In this document: positions 35,839 to 50,368 of the stretch, piece by piece
Position numbering within the stretch: the first letter of the stretch is position 1
How the letters are laid out: each line of letters starts with the position of its first letter
From: Tubiluchus corallicola
Taxonomy: Eukaryota; Animalia; Priapulida
Direction: 5' to 3'
Assembly (NCBI GenBank): GCA_030141605.1
Contig: JAQGDQ010001069.1
Coordinates: 1-64,000, forward strand
DNA length: 64,000 bases
Notes under the pieces: model-generated
The model's database searches: none
The model's input: only the letters and a program-made list of their open reading frames with translations
Told to the model about the DNA's origin: nothing
Program-made: the position numbers and the translations under genes

Positions 35839-36490
35839 TAAATTCTAGTAATTTCTTAGCACAGATAATGCCGTATCAACCATTAAAAACCTTTTATTAA
35901 AATGCCTTTAAATTTGTGACTTCTATTTATGAATGAGAATAAATTTTGATTATTTATGACGTAGGAATTGTATACTAGTATTCGTTATTTATTTGTATTG
36001 TGTGATTTATTACAGTTACATACTTCTTGATAGCTTGTGAATTATTATTATTATTATACAGTTTTCGGTTTTGCAGTTGTTAGCTCATTGTCCGTGAATG
36101 AAACTCACATGTTGATTTGTCTGTGAAGAATAAAGAAGATCTGTTTAAATTCTAAAACCGTTAGTGTTGTATTTACAAAACTCATTTTGACTCGCATTGC
36201 TATTTAATTCTATAATTTAAAAGTAATGCTACAATAATACAGTATCATACTTTACTTAATCAGATATATAACAACAACCTCAGCAAAAATCTGCCTAGAT
36301 ACAAACGCGAGTTTTTTTTGTTTAGATACAGTCATGTGAGACTAAAAAATTTTGTTACATGGGGGAAAACGTAGTAAAATTTGAAGTCTAATATTTGACA
36401 GAAAATATCTTCTTTGATGCCTGCATATAAAAAAAATGTATGGGTGGAACGTAAATCAAATCATTGGTCTTATGGCCATTAAATTGCAAT

Positions 36491-39400
36491 TCATAGCATT
36501 CCATGCTTTTCCATGTAAGCTCTCCTTGCGTTTTCGATCATCTCTGCTTTCCTCTCTTTGTAAGACTTCATCCTTTTCTCTGGTGATGTTGCCCAAGTTG
36601 ATGAAGTGTTTTTCTAAACAGAACAAAAATTATAATATCAAAGCAGTTCCTTAGTTGAATTAACTTTCTGAATTTTTCCTTTCTTTAATGCCGTGTCATT
36701 AATTAGTAAACACAATAATTCAAAGTAATACCGAATACCAAGTAAAATTCCCCCTAAAATATACCGAATTCAGCGATACACTGAGTTTAAAGCACTGATT
36801 GCTTTCAGGATAATACATAATTATATATAGAAACATATATATTCCGAATCTGTCTGAGATGAATGATATTCCAAATTACCCAAGAGCAGAGTCTATCGTA
36901 TACTCAACAAGGTTTTACCAAAGAATGTGGTTCTCTTTAAATCCAAAAAACAAACAGGATATCTGTTGAAATCAGTGGCATAATGTTTGTAGCCCTGCCC
37001 TTTTAATATTTTGATCAATTGTTTCATGAGTGAAGCCGCAAATTGCGCCCGTATTTTGTGACCCTGAGCCTCACTTTCCTTTTTTGAAATGATGGTATAA
37101 AGATAAATAAATTTTTTCTAAGAATCATCTGAGTTTGATTTGTGGTACTACACTAGGATAACTCTTCTATGATGTATGTAGTAATTAAGTCTGTTACGAT
37201 GACCTCTGACTAGGTAATTTTGTTGTAGTTTGAAAACTTTTGTTAATTGCCTTGTTTATGTCGGATTAGTAATTAATAATTAACAGTCATTGAACTCTAG
37301 AAGAATTTTGTGTTGGAACGATTGCCACTGTCGCCCCACACATTGCTATATCTCTGGTTGAAAGTTAACACTTACATCACATTTCACTATTGCAGGTGTC
37401 TCTTCGGGTTGAGTTAAAGCTTCATAATTCACTCTCCCTTCGATTAAATTTGTAATAGTGTCATCTACACTGTTTGTTTTAGCTACAAAATAAAATAAAA
37501 TTTACTACGAACAAATAAGCACTTTTACTGATTTACTGATAAAAAGATGTTAAAAGTGGATAAAGAAACTAGTGGCAAGTAGACAATGAAATAATACAGA
37601 TTAAATAAAAAATACCTAAATCTTTAAGGATGGTTTCTTGGGGTACTTGTGGTAAAACTTCTTTAACCTGTTTTGACATTTGCCTAATTTCTTCAGAATA
37701 AATTGGAAGTGACTGCTTCTTTTTTGAGCTATGAACTGTCGACCTGCTTCCTACAAATAAAAACATGACACACCTGTATGAAAAAATAGAGAAATCTAAA
37801 GAAAATGATTCTGTTCCATATAATTTGTTTCAAGACCACATTGAGTCAACTGGATTTTTAACCTTGTGGACTTAAGATGACACTATTCATCAAATACGAC
37901 ACGCTTAATTTACAATTTAATTAGCAGCACTAATAAACTATAAAAGTTTGACTTGAATTAAATACCTAAAATAGCTGCAACTTTTTCACTCTATGGATGT
38001 GATTGTTCATAGTTCACATGTCAAGATATATTTTGCAACATGGACAAAGTTTTTTCATGTTGGACTGGTTGCCTACAAGTCTGTCATAAATTCTAAATAA
38101 ATTCCAGTAAAAGACAAACATTTGCTAATGTATAAAAAAGCAAGAAATGAAAAATGTCTACCAGTCCACATTTGAAGAAAAATGAATTTCGCAAGATAAT
38201 ATTTTCTAGTTCTTACAGCTACCTTAATGTCTTACTGCATATCACATTAGTCATCATTAGTTTTCTATGAGGTACAGACACCATCAATGTTATGCTTTGC
38301 GAACTCTATATAAAAAGATGTGAGTCATGAAATAGAATAGTTGTGAAAGACAAAATTTTATATCCAAACGTCACAAAAAAATTTCTTACTGTAGGGCTAT
38401 TTTTACAATTTTTGATCTGTATAATGACACAAAACAGAAAATGTTCTTGTCTTCTCACAATCATCCCAATTATTCATGCCAATTTATTATCAATACAACG
38501 TCTATAAAAAAAGTCAGAAATTGCTTATACCTGTTGAAACTAAATGCCTCTTCACAAACTCTACTTTGTCAGCACTGTTGTACTTGGTAGGTGTTACATT
38601 AAGTTCAGCGGCCATTAACGCTTGAATACGAGCAGCAAAATCTTCCATAGTTTCATCACTTCCTTTCACATGCACTGGCAGTATTCTGCAACATTTTGTC
38701 ACGTGGAACTGGATTAGATTAACTTAGCGTAACATTAGACTGAAAATATTTAGCTTAAACTTGACTATATTATTGTTTAGTATAAAAGAATTAGTAGCAC
38801 AAAAATAAATACAAAGAGTTATCCAGAAAAAAATAATATGGAAACAGAAACAGACCATTGAGGATAAGATAAAGATATCTGGGTTAGTTGAATGATAATA
38901 AAAATAGAATGAAAATTATGATCACAAAGCAAGGACGTACAGTTAAAGTGAAAAAATCTAAACAGGATCCTAAAAGAAAAATAGTGAAACCAAGACAGTT
39001 ACTCAGGATCAAAATGAATTAGAAAGCATTCTAATTATCATTAAATACCAAAAATTTTTAACACGTTTATTTAGCACATTTTCACAAATAAATGGCAAAG
39101 TGTGCTAGCTTTCCGGTTACTCAGTGATCATTAAAATAATCATTTACTCATTTAGAAAAGTCACATATAACATTGTAGCATGCAGGGAAGCATTAATTTT
39201 AAACTGCCATTGTTTTGATGCGAAAAAAACTTAAAAAGCCGTTATAGCTAAAATCGAAATTTTTTAGGTCTAGTCACATTAGTATTTTTTTACATTTTTC
39301 GCTTCTTTTTATCTTAAGGATTGTATTATGCTGTACTACACAAAAGTGTGGAATATGTTGCTTATTTTCGTAACTACTGACTATTAAGAACTTTTACTGG

Positions 39401-42400
39401 CGGACTTACTACATATTGATTACTACATACCTGGAGCAGATACAGGGCAGGATTATCCTACAGGCTAGTATAGCCTGCAGCTTAGGGCCCCTGAAGTTTG
39501 GAGGGCCCTCAAACGATGGTAACATTTTGTACAAAATCTGTTTTTTCACTATGGTTGTTTTGAAATATGTACTAATTTGGTTTACAATAAATGTAAAATA
39601 GTGATGCTTCTTAAAAAATATTTTAATTGACAAACAAAAGACAGCTATTCTAGTTTATTTAAAGAATTTACAATAAGTTTAGTTCAAGGTATGTAAATGT
39701 TGCTAAAATATATCAAGAGTAAAAAATATTCAAGACAGGTGTGGGGAGTTAGAGGGTGGTTCCCTCTGAAGTGGCCCTATAATTTCATTACCTTACGGTC
39801 CCGAAAGGTCATAATCCGGGTCTGGGCACATATTATCTAATGATTATAGTGACGACATAGATATTGTTAACCAGTTAAGATTATTCTATGCAAGAGCTAA
39901 TACACTATGTCATAAATTTCCTCATTGTTCAAAGGAAGTAAAAAGTATCTTGTTCAAATCGTATTGCAGTGGAAATTATTGTAGCAGCATATGTATATCC
40001 TATAGGAGATATAATATTGCAAAAATCAGATCAGCGCATAATGTTGCTCTTAGTAAATTTTTTAAATATTGCGAATTACGTACAAGAGCATCTTATACAT
40101 GTGCACATAATATTGTCCACACTTAAAAGTATTAGTAAGGAAGAGCTGCTATAGTTTAAAAAATCGGTACACTTGCAAGTAAAAATGGCATTCTAGTTAA
40201 TGGCGGTACAGACTCTGATGTGGTATTTGAGTCACTAATTTTTAAAGACTAGTGAAACATATTATGTGATGATTTCAAGTTGTAAATTGTTAGGCAAAGC
40301 ATTTTTAAAATGTATTTTAGACGCTCAGTTAGTGTTTTAAATCTGTTTTATCAATAATGTTATGTGTGTTGTAAATATATATGTAATATAGTACTATGTG
40401 TACTGAATTAAAATAAAAAAAAATAAAAAAGTAAAAAAATTGAATATCACGAAGAAATCCCATATTCAACAAGGATAACTGTATTGTACATTTCCATGTA
40501 TTTAAAAAACAAATAGGTATAATGAATTACAAACTTTGGATACCTGAGCTGGAAGTGCGTGTATGGGACAAAAGCAAACCATGCCAGATCAGTCCACCAT
40601 CGACTGCCAATGGGAGACTGAAAAATATTCCAGCATAAGCTAAAAAAGTGAACAAGTATAAAGTTATTCTTTTAAAATTTTAATTTAAAAATTAATTTTA
40701 AAAATTTAATGTCAAAATTTTGAACAGTCTCAAAACAGTTTACATACAATCACGTCGAAGTTAAAAACTAACCACTGCTCAGAAATAACATAACTATAAA
40801 TGAAATGAATTCAAACTTACCGTTGCTATGTCCACAAACGGTGGCCTGCTCGTGGTGATTAATATCTAGAAAAAAATGTAAATCAAATGGTATCACATTT
40901 ATGACATTTATGATTGTCTTTAGATGAACATGAATTGGAAAAATGTTAATACCTGTTGTGTATATTTCTTTGCCAACCCCAATTATAAAGTGGCATTGCG
41001 ACAGATGTTGAAGTAAGTTGAACATAACAGTTGTGCACTGCGACAAAGTTTACTATTTGTTCACTGCGACCAAGTTTACTATCCTGACACTCATCAAAAA
41101 GGTCTTTTCAACTGCCATTATGTTAAAAAAGATATATATAGTTTGTGTAGACGTGAAGTCATTGTGTTACAGTGAAACAAACATGAAAACTAAAAACAAA
41201 TTTCAAAATTTCTTAAACATAACTTATACCACAAAAAATAAGTTCAAGTTATACATACCGGTTGTAGAGGAAGATCCAAGGAGAATGGCCATGAACTGCA
41301 AATGGTAAATTAACAAAGCATTAGAAATTTAGTAAACATATACAATCTAGAAAACATATTGGTAAAACAATTATAATTAGCATCGTCGAAGTTTGATGAT
41401 TTGAGCTTGAAGATTAGCAACAAAAAGCCAGTAAAATAAACAAAAGATCATAAATGTATATACTAGCAAAGCGCCAATTATACCATGGCTAGCCACAACA
41501 AAATGGTAATCTCAGTTCACGTAAGCAAAATAGATTAGAGATAAATGTAACACACCAACAAGAAGCTTTCATTGCTTTCATAATACATTATGTTGCTGGG
41601 CAAATGAAACACTAATATTTTGTGAGCAAATTTGAGATGACAAAACGCAAAACAAACTTCTTATGTGCATGGTAGTTAAACAGAATCCCTTCCATCATGA
41701 TGATGGACAAATCAAAGCATTTATATAATTGTGCTACATACATATGTACATGCCAATATACCTAAAAAGCTGAACTTGTGAGTTGTTGGAATTAATTTGC
41801 AAGAAAATATTGTATAGCTCTTACAATCAGTGAACTGGCAATTCGCCTAGTTAGCAGAAACTTTGAATATGCTACAGGAAAACGTATAATGTATGAGTTA
41901 CAGATCAAAGCACATATTATCATCATGTGCCAATCACGTATATTGTAGATTGTAGACAATGGGCAGGCCAAACTTTAAAATAAAAGAAATCTGCCCTCAA
42001 GACAGGCAAACACAGCAGCAATTAAGCAAAAAACTAAACACTATTAAGCCAGTGGCTTGTCAGCACCACTTCCGATATAAAAGCACATACTGAAGTTTAG
42101 CATTAACAGCAAAAAGAACAATATTATTGTATTTCATAAACTGAGTATTTGTGCTTTTTATTTTAATATTATTGTATTAGTTTACCTGAATTTTAAAAGA
42201 CCCTTTTTTCCACTTGTAGAAGCACCCTCTGGATAACTGAGAATAGGTACTTCAGATTCTATATGAGAGAAAGAGCAAGAATGTGGATCAGAGAGTTAGA
42301 ACTTCTTCATTCTGTGTTCGAAGCAGCACTCTTTCATTTGTTCAAGATGTTTTAAATGGCTTAAGCAGAAACGATTTTTAAAAAATCAGCAGTTAAATGA

Positions 42401-45400
42401 CATTCTATAATATCTATGTTGTAAATGCAAGTAACCCAATGAATGTATTTATTACAATAATTCGAAATAAATCATTTATATTAGTGGGAAAGCAAGATTT
42501 CTTGAACATTGAAGATAGTACACTCATATCTCAATTTGCCGGACCTCACTTTTACGGATATCGCAAGAATTGGACAAAATCTGGACCATTAAAAAGTCCC
42601 TCATACTACGGACACAGGTCGCTGTTTCGCCAGCTGACAGCTAGTTAGCAGGCTGTCACTTTTTTTACAGCATTACATCAATATAACCAAACACTTAATA
42701 ATACATCTACATATATTATAGTGCACAAAAGCGACTTCACTAAGATGATATAAACATAGTTAAAGCTCATTTTGTGTGACATTTGGTCACACAAAAGTGT
42801 ATTATTTAAACAGGTGCAGAAAAAAATATAGAATCAATTATGAAGAGTTATTTGAGTCAATTGCCGACAGTTTTTATATACCTTTGTACATGAGCAGCCC
42901 ATACTAGACGTTTTTGAGACAATTAGGCAATTGATTCTACATTACCGTGAGTCTAATACACAGTCCCTACTGTTTTAGTTGAAATTTACCTGAAAAATGC
43001 TTTTTCACGTTTCTAAGAAGAGTTTCCCTTCCGTTACGAACACCTAGATCTCTGTAACCAAGAGCCCAGTTCAATAATTCTGGTAAGTCCCAAACACTTG
43101 GCTGAAAATATTTAAAGTCAAACTAAACCTTCACTATAATGTAGGCCTTTACAACCTAAAATTCTACTGTCAAGACGAATGTTCAATATATTTTTTGTGA
43201 ACGTACTGTAAAACTTGTTTCTTTTGATTTTTTATCCATCTTTAACGGTATTAAATTTGAAGAGCAACCAATTTTTATTGAATGACATACTGAGTGCAGT
43301 CATGAGGTCACTAAAAATCAGTAAACAAACATCGGTAATCAAAGACAGTTTCTATACCTCGTACGTCATTCTCGTTTCAAAAACTGTACACAGTTCAACA
43401 GCCAAATTTTCGATCCTTCTAAAGGTGAATCACCTGCATAACTAAAAACAATGAAATGTTTTGTCCAAATATAGGTAAATTATAGTGCCAGAGTGACAGT
43501 CCTACATTATAATAGGACAGAGAACGACAAATCCTTGAAAAGGTTCAAGGTCAAAGACCAGTTACAAATAAAACACTGTAAGGAATTAAGCTATCAAACT
43601 TGGACAGCATACTTCACCAGACTGGGAACAGATTTCAATGTGATAGTTTGTTACCTTGAGTGGATAATTCAAGATCAAGGGTCATTTACAACTGAAAAAA
43701 TCTGTAAGGAACCGAACTTGAGTCACTTAGAGAAGCAGACGGTCAACGGTCTTAGTGAGGCAACTGGGGGGAGGGGGGGGGGGGTGAGCTTCACCTGATT
43801 TTTCAATATGACGGTCAAATGCAATCCAGAAAATGTGTGAAATTTGGCAAGCACACTTGGGTGGCTTACAGTACAAAATGAGAGACAGATTCTAACGAAG
43901 TAACTGGAGATATTGAGGTGTTTGCTTTTAATCGGTTAGTCAGTGAGTGAACATGAATCTTTCTGTCAATAAATACCTCAAAAATAAGTTAAAGGAACCT
44001 ACTCTAAAAAAACAAGTTAAGGGAACAGCACAAAAGCACCAATGCATAATTAAGACACTAAAGATATCAATTAATCAATTAATTCTGTAGTCCCTGACCA
44101 CTGCTTTTTAACACATATCTTAGGTGACTCTTAACACTTTTCAAATAGTAACTAAATATACATATATATCTCAAGGTACAAATACAAACAAAATTCCCAA
44201 AAAATTTTGTACAAGTTTCCAGAAACTGACTTTAACTATCGTTACAAAGATATAATATTGTGTGACTACTGACCAGCTAAAAATATATTATTGGAGAAAA
44301 AACAGTGTTACAAATATTTGCAATTTAGCCACATTTAACTACTGCAAAAATATAAGAACAAACTGCATATTTCAGAAAGAGAATATACAAACCAGACCTA
44401 CCAAAATATTTGGTATAACTAGATCAATGGCGAGATGATCCAATGGTGTTATGTGATTGCAGATAATTACTTTTGTAGATTTTGACCTGTTATGCGAGTT
44501 CTTTTGAGAAACAATAACGCCCAACACAGCACACATCACCCGCAGTATTACACTGAAAAAATATAAAGTAAATAAAACAAAAAGCATTCACAATCATAAT
44601 TGTTAAAATTTAGCCCCCACTGCTGGCTTTAGCTCTTGATTCAAAGGCATTTTAATTTAGTTTGTTAGTGCTATTTATTCGTACTCACTAAAGTTAAAAT
44701 CAGCACTGGGAAAGGTAAAACACAATTTGCCCACTCAAAGTAAGAAAAATGTATGTACATGTATAATATACAGTTTTAACTAGTATGTAGATAATTCTCA
44801 ATTTCTATAGCTGGATTTACTGGCTATCATTGGATAATTAATATATGCATAAGGCTATATGACTCTTGCATCCTTATTTTCCTGTTTGAAAGTTCTTCTC
44901 TTTCTATATTTTCTTCGCTTTTACTTATCAAATTATGTAAGTTTATTGTCTAAGAGGTGCAAACAATACATAAAATTTGTATATATTTTACGAGCTCAGA
45001 GAAATTTGGTTTTTGACTTCTGATTTGCCCTTACTTGTCTACCAATATGTTCTCTAATTTACATGAGAACAAAATTTGCACAAGTTCGAGTAGCCAAATC
45101 TTGATGTTCTCAAAATTTTTCCCGTTTGAAGCGCTAAAGTTGACAACATCAGCTGTGAAAAGTGGGTAACCAATCAATAGAAAAATCACTGCTGGATCAA
45201 TCTGAAGATAGCAAAGCTGTGCAGCTCATTTGGTAAATGGCTTACACAGGTTCAGTTCAACAAATTTATTCCAGACACCCTAGTCAAGTTTTGACTAGGA
45301 AGCTGATTTTTTTACTGAAAGCGCCTGCCATGGCAGCAGTAATTATTATCATTAACAGCTTGCTAATTAGCAACATACAGTAGCAAGTCAATTAATAAGC

Positions 45401-46995
45401 TGATTACACGTCATTAGTACATCTATTGCATATCTTTTTATTTACGGTTGGAATGCTTAGGCATAACTGAGCGAAAGGGACCCGAAAAGACTTTTGTTAA
45501 AATCAGAATTGGACCTGTTATCCACTGAACCACAGTGGCTTAGTTGGAGGAGCACAAGAGTGCCTTATAAGCAGTAGTCACACTTACTCCTAGCTCAAAA
45601 TTTTTTGGACATTATTCAATGTTGAGGAATCATATCAGCATAAAATATCATAACACAGTTACACGAATTAGCCAATTAAATAACCAGCTAAATACATCAC
45701 ATAAGTAAATTTATAAAATAATGTTAAAAACTAAAATGCAAAGATTTTCACTTTAGATATAAAAACCTAAGCAAACTAAATAGATATTTGTCAAGATCTA
45801 GGCCATACAAGTAGATTTCAGCTGACGAAGTTTGTGAAGAGCAAAAGTTCTTGGAAAAATAAGTTTTTGAGATTTAAAGGGCACCCTGTCTTCCTTATGA
45901 TTATGACCATGGCAAGTTTCAGAACAGCACTATCTTATTTTCCAGGTATTAGTCAAATCATTCAGTATACTACAACAAATATAAAAATATTATACTTTTT
46001 TAGAAATTAAATAATCAGTATGCATTAATTACCTTCTAGCAAGTGACATTTTGGGAAGCAAGCAGGATACTATGAACACATGGATTCCAATAAATAACCT
46101 TAAAACTACAAGGATAAGACCAACCGGACTATATAACAGGAAAGCTGCAAACTTCCATCCTGAGGGATACCTAAAAATAAACATTCTATAAAAACTTGTG
46201 TTCAAAAAATTTATTTTTAGGACACTAATTGTTATTTACATTGAAAATGCTCTATTACGAGGAACAAAATGTCTGTCAAAATAAACAAACTTATACCCAG
46301 TTTTCCTTTTTTAAATACAGGTAATTATAGTTTTGTAACACCAACTATGAGATGATATAGGATTATTGATTTTTTCCTCTGTATTTAATTTTGTATTTAA
46401 GCTTTGTTTCTCTGAGAATACTTCCTTGTTCCTGAAAAACACTAAGGAGGTTGCTCTTGAGCATCGCATTTGGAGGAAACATACACATAGTTTTTCTGTA
46501 CTTCCTAGATTTAGTGATGGATAGTAGCCATTACAAAAAACTAAAGGTGAGACAGAAAGCGAAACACTAACACTCACTTATGCTCAAGCAGAGACTTCTA
46601 AGCTGCCTCCATGATTTGGCATATTTAGTATACAGGAAACCGTAACTTATCACTATAGTATTTCGCTTTGGACTGAATATCAAATAGGGTTCTTTAGTTT
46701 TGGAATATCACAACCTAAACGTTGGGAGTAAACAAAAATGGTAGCGCTCAATCCTATAGTTCAATCTGTTTCTGTTGACTTAACTACTGTTAACTCTGTC
46801 AACACTACACGATCAAGAGAAAACCACAATACACTGGACTGCAATAACAGAAAAATCTTTTAATTTTTTAGCAAATGCATGTGGGCATGTTAACCAGGCT
46901 GAATACAACTGATAAAATTGAAACAAGATAACAATCAATGGTTTCTTCACTTACCTAGAATGCTCAAATAACGTTTCGATAGCTACATTTGCCAT
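36491..46995 (-). CDS. AUP1: AUP1 (ancient ubiquitous protein 1, lipid droplet/ERAD factor), 12 coding exons, 396 aa
   Basis: Exons 46995-46955, 46170-46033, 44552-44402, 43101-42990, 42258-42186, 41295-41259, 40865-40821, 40617-40544, 38685-38531, 37750-37616, 37482-37376 and 36613-36491; GT-AG, in frame, 1191 nt. N-terminal hairpin (LLYSPVGLILVVLRLFIGIHVFIVSCLLP), acyltransferase-like NHITPLD and YPEG, CUE domain (QVKEVLPQVP...DLAKTNSVDDTITNLIEG), G2BR (RMKSYKERKAEMIENARRAYMEK). Confidence 0.95.
39250..40420 (+). mobile_element. Degraded LINE 3' part in AUP1 intron, interrupted by a MITE
   Basis: Removing the MITE and one target-duplication copy restores YLGHILSNDYSDDIDIVNQLRLFYARANTLCHKFPHCSKEVKSILFKSYCSGNYCSSI, a non-LTR RT C-terminal segment. 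A-rich tail near 40410-40440. Confidence 0.8.
39443..39824. mobile_element. hAT-type MITE nested in the LINE relic
   Basis: Termini CAGGGCAGGATTAT and ATAATCCGGGTCTG. Flanks agcagata and ggcacata match at 6 of 8. Second copy at 20395-20750. Confidence 0.85.
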
Positions 46996-47329
46996 TGCGA
47001 TGAGTCTTATTTTTAGACTTCAGCATGGAGAAAATCTGTAACAACAAAGCAAAATAAGACACATGAAAAAAGATCATTCAAACATTGCTTATAACCTGTA
47101 AGAAGGCTTCAAAGAAAAGTATAGAAATGAAATTATAATGCTTATTAATAGAATAAGTATGGAGAATAGAGAACAGAATCATTTTTCTAAGCTGGGAAAC
47201 TATTAGATTCGGTTTATGAAAGTAAAATGGTATGTACAGTTATTGCAATGATTGTCGTTAACTATTACGATATTGCCTGATATTTAAACTGCTGCAGCCC
47301 TCAATTTATCATTAACTGTAGAGATGCAA

Positions 47330-49340
47330 AATAAAAGCAGCAAGGGCTCCCAGAAAGTCAGGCTTATGGGAATGCTTGCAAAAATGGAAAAATATTAGCT
47401 GCTTGATTAGTGATAGGGAATTACTAATCAAGAAGTGTTTGGCAATTTAAAAAAACAAACAACTTTGAACACTTAAAGTAACTCTAAGCCATTAATTCTG
47501 TTTAGGTAATTCGTAACTGAAGGAGACTCACTCCAACATTTCTACAGCAACTTATCACCCATTTTCTAGCAAGGGTAGCTGAGACAATAAATGTAATTAT
47601 TGGCCAAATTGTCTTGCAGTGAGCAGATCCTGGAGAAGATAGTTAGGAACAAGGACCAAATGTGTGTGACTACTTCACTGCTTCTCATTTACTTTGTGAT
47701 TCACAGTATGGGTTTGTAAAATGAAGCTCTTGCATTCTTAAAGAAAGGCAGGATGATTTTTTCATATACTACCCCATTTTCAAATCCGATAAAAAGTATA
47801 CATTTTAACACAACTAATACTGCAAAAATGTTTCTGATAATTAAATAATAGATTAAAAATTTAATTAACGGCAGGGTGCGCCCAACTATTTATGACATCA
47901 CAAACCAACATAATTTTCAACAGCAAAAATATTCCACGAGCATGTTGCACGTGTTTGCGAGAGTGAAATTGATGTACAACACTACTGAAAGATATTCAGT
48001 GTGTTGTACCAAAACTAGGCAAGTTTAAAGATAAAAATTCAAATTTCAAAATTACTGTTGTGCTCATGCTTGAGCAGTCAAATGCGTGTAGTTTATCACA
48101 AACTAACACAGCTGAACTGAGAGGTACAGCACCTGTACTTTTGTGCAATGAATTTGCAAAATGCAGGTGCTAGTGCCCGTCTAACTAGCGAATGGCAAAA
48201 TGCATGTAACAGTGAAGAACTAGTGACGCAAACATTAAATTGTGTTTGTGTATTAAAAATTCTTTCACATGAGTCATTTTTGAAAGAATAGTTATGTTTC
48301 CTTTCAATATTTTAAAGAGTAGACTGTTTTGACCTACAGCTTAAGACTGGTTACGCTTTTATTCTAATCTGCTATATCTGCTCATTGACTGGCAAGAATT
48401 AGTCAAATAGGGGCTAATGTAGATGTTATATTTTATGACTTTCAGAAAACCTTTGATAAAGTGCCACACCGGAATCTACTGCAGGCTAGTTATTTTGCAT
48501 ACTGGCAAACTGCATAGTTCGATTTTAGACTTTTTGAAATTTTGAACCAAATATCTAAAACTGAACTCAAGCTGCTCTTCCAATGTCACGGTCAAGAGTG
48601 GTATAGTCCAAGGAAGTGTCCTTAAACCACTACAATTCCTTGTTTTTATAAATAATTTGAATGGATGGATGAATGGTCAAGTGAATGACTAATGCATGCT
48701 GATACAGAGAAATCTAGGGTATTCCATCTAGAGAGAAGGAGAGTTCGAGATTTACATACAAAATGAAAAACTCGCCAGATCATACAGCACCAGTCTCTGC
48801 AACAGACAAACATGAGAACTTGGGAGCACATTTTGATAATGAGTTCATTTCCTCTGCTATAAATAATGAAATTACAAAAGTCAGAAAACATTTTTGGATG
48901 AGCAAATGGTCATCTACTTACTTTGATGTAAGTATGGTTCTTATATTCCACTACCTTTACAGACCAATGAACTTATTCTGGACCATGGTGATGTCATCAG
49001 AAATCCTGCTAAACTAGAGCACATATAGAATGCATTTGCAATACAACAAAAGGCAACAAAAGTATAGCTTCCATACGCACAAAGAATGCAAAATCACAAT
49101 TTTCATCACTTGGATTTACGCGTCAAACACAGGACCAAACTTATAATATTTACAGAACATTGAACAACTACACCAAACTGAATCCATCAAAATATTCAGC
49201 TAATCAAACTCAGACAAGCTGGAGCGAAAAGGATGAAACACAGGTGCAAAAACAAAAACAGATTCATCATTATGAACTGTCAGTGACAGGAGCTCGGAAA
49301 ATTGCTAGTGTGTGTGGACTGCTAAAGACTCACTTCTGGG
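47330..49340 (+). mobile_element. Degraded CR1-type LINE
   Basis: QYGFVK (~47704), VDVIFYDFQKTFDKVPH (~48419-48469) and SGIVQGSVLKPLQFLVFIN (~48597-48653) match CR1 RT motifs, with many stops and frameshifts. Boundaries are approximate. Confidence 0.85.
47738..48343 (+). mobile_element. TTAA-flanked MITE (Kolobok-like) inserted in the CR1 relic
   Basis: Runs from ttaaagaaagg to acagcttaa. Homologous to an inverted copy at 55640-56189 and a partial direct copy at ~57900-58130. Confidence 0.75.
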
Positions 49341-49560
49341 AAATAACTAAATTTTAAGTTTTATGTTTTTTCAAATCAGTTTATTTCACCAGCAAACAAG
49401 CAATTGCAATAATACAAATATACATGTACAACTTTTTTGTATAATTTTGTAAAATAGAACAAATTAATATCATAGTCGACCTGTGTTTGCCACGAGAAAA
49501 CTCGACAAACTACACGGGGAACAATGTACCAAGCACGACAACAACATCCAGATTGTTAGA

Positions 49561-50368
49561 GCGGAGTATGACACTAGCTGAAATAGGACAATTGGCATAC
49601 ATGGGCTAGCCCAAGTAGGACACGTCGTACATGGGCTAGCCGAAGTAGGACACTAGAGACAGGTCACGAATTGAGCCGTTAACCATACTGGCAGCATCTG
49701 ATGTCTTTGTTTATTTAATAATAATAATTGAAAATATCAGTACACGTTGAATAATTTACTATACAGCTGATAAAATAAAATAATCTTATTCTGAGCTAGT
49801 AGAATTGCCAGTATTACATTTGGCTGTCAAATATTAATCTTTTGAAGTGAATTAAGCCCGCTTTTTAAGGCGATTCCAACATTTGCTTAAAGTATATCAT
49901 TTTTATTTTGTCTTACTTCACAGACAGGTGATCAGTTTCACTATCTCTTGGACAAATATTTGTTTTCTACTAAGTAAAAGGGCTACTGAGCTATATGCCC
50001 TACATAGTTTCTCTCCTTTAAGCATTAGCTACTTAGTTTAATGTTATGATGATATTAATGGAGCTAATAATAATGATGATGTTATTGTCAAAAATACATT
50101 TGTAAATTTTCAAGGACCATCCATCATTATTATAAAGTTACTTTTTTGTTTATATTTATAATTCTCAAGGACCATTCATTATTATTATAAAGTTACTTTT
50201 TTTCTAAAACAAATTTAGTTTTATTATGTCATAATTCTCGATTCTTGACAGAAATTGCCAGTGACCTACTTGGGCTGCCCATGTGTGACACTACTTTTGT
50301 GCAAATTTAGCACATGCACTTTAGCAGAGTGTCTTACACTTCCTACTTCGGCTAGTGGTGTACTCTGC
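49561..50368. mobile_element. MITE with repeated subterminal motif CTAGCC(C/G)AAGTAGGA
   Basis: Left end gcggagtatgacactagctgaaatagga plus two catgggctagcc.aagtagga copies. Right end reverse-complements to gcagagtacaccactagccgaagtagga and catgggcagcccaagtagg. No target duplication recognised. Confidence 0.7.
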
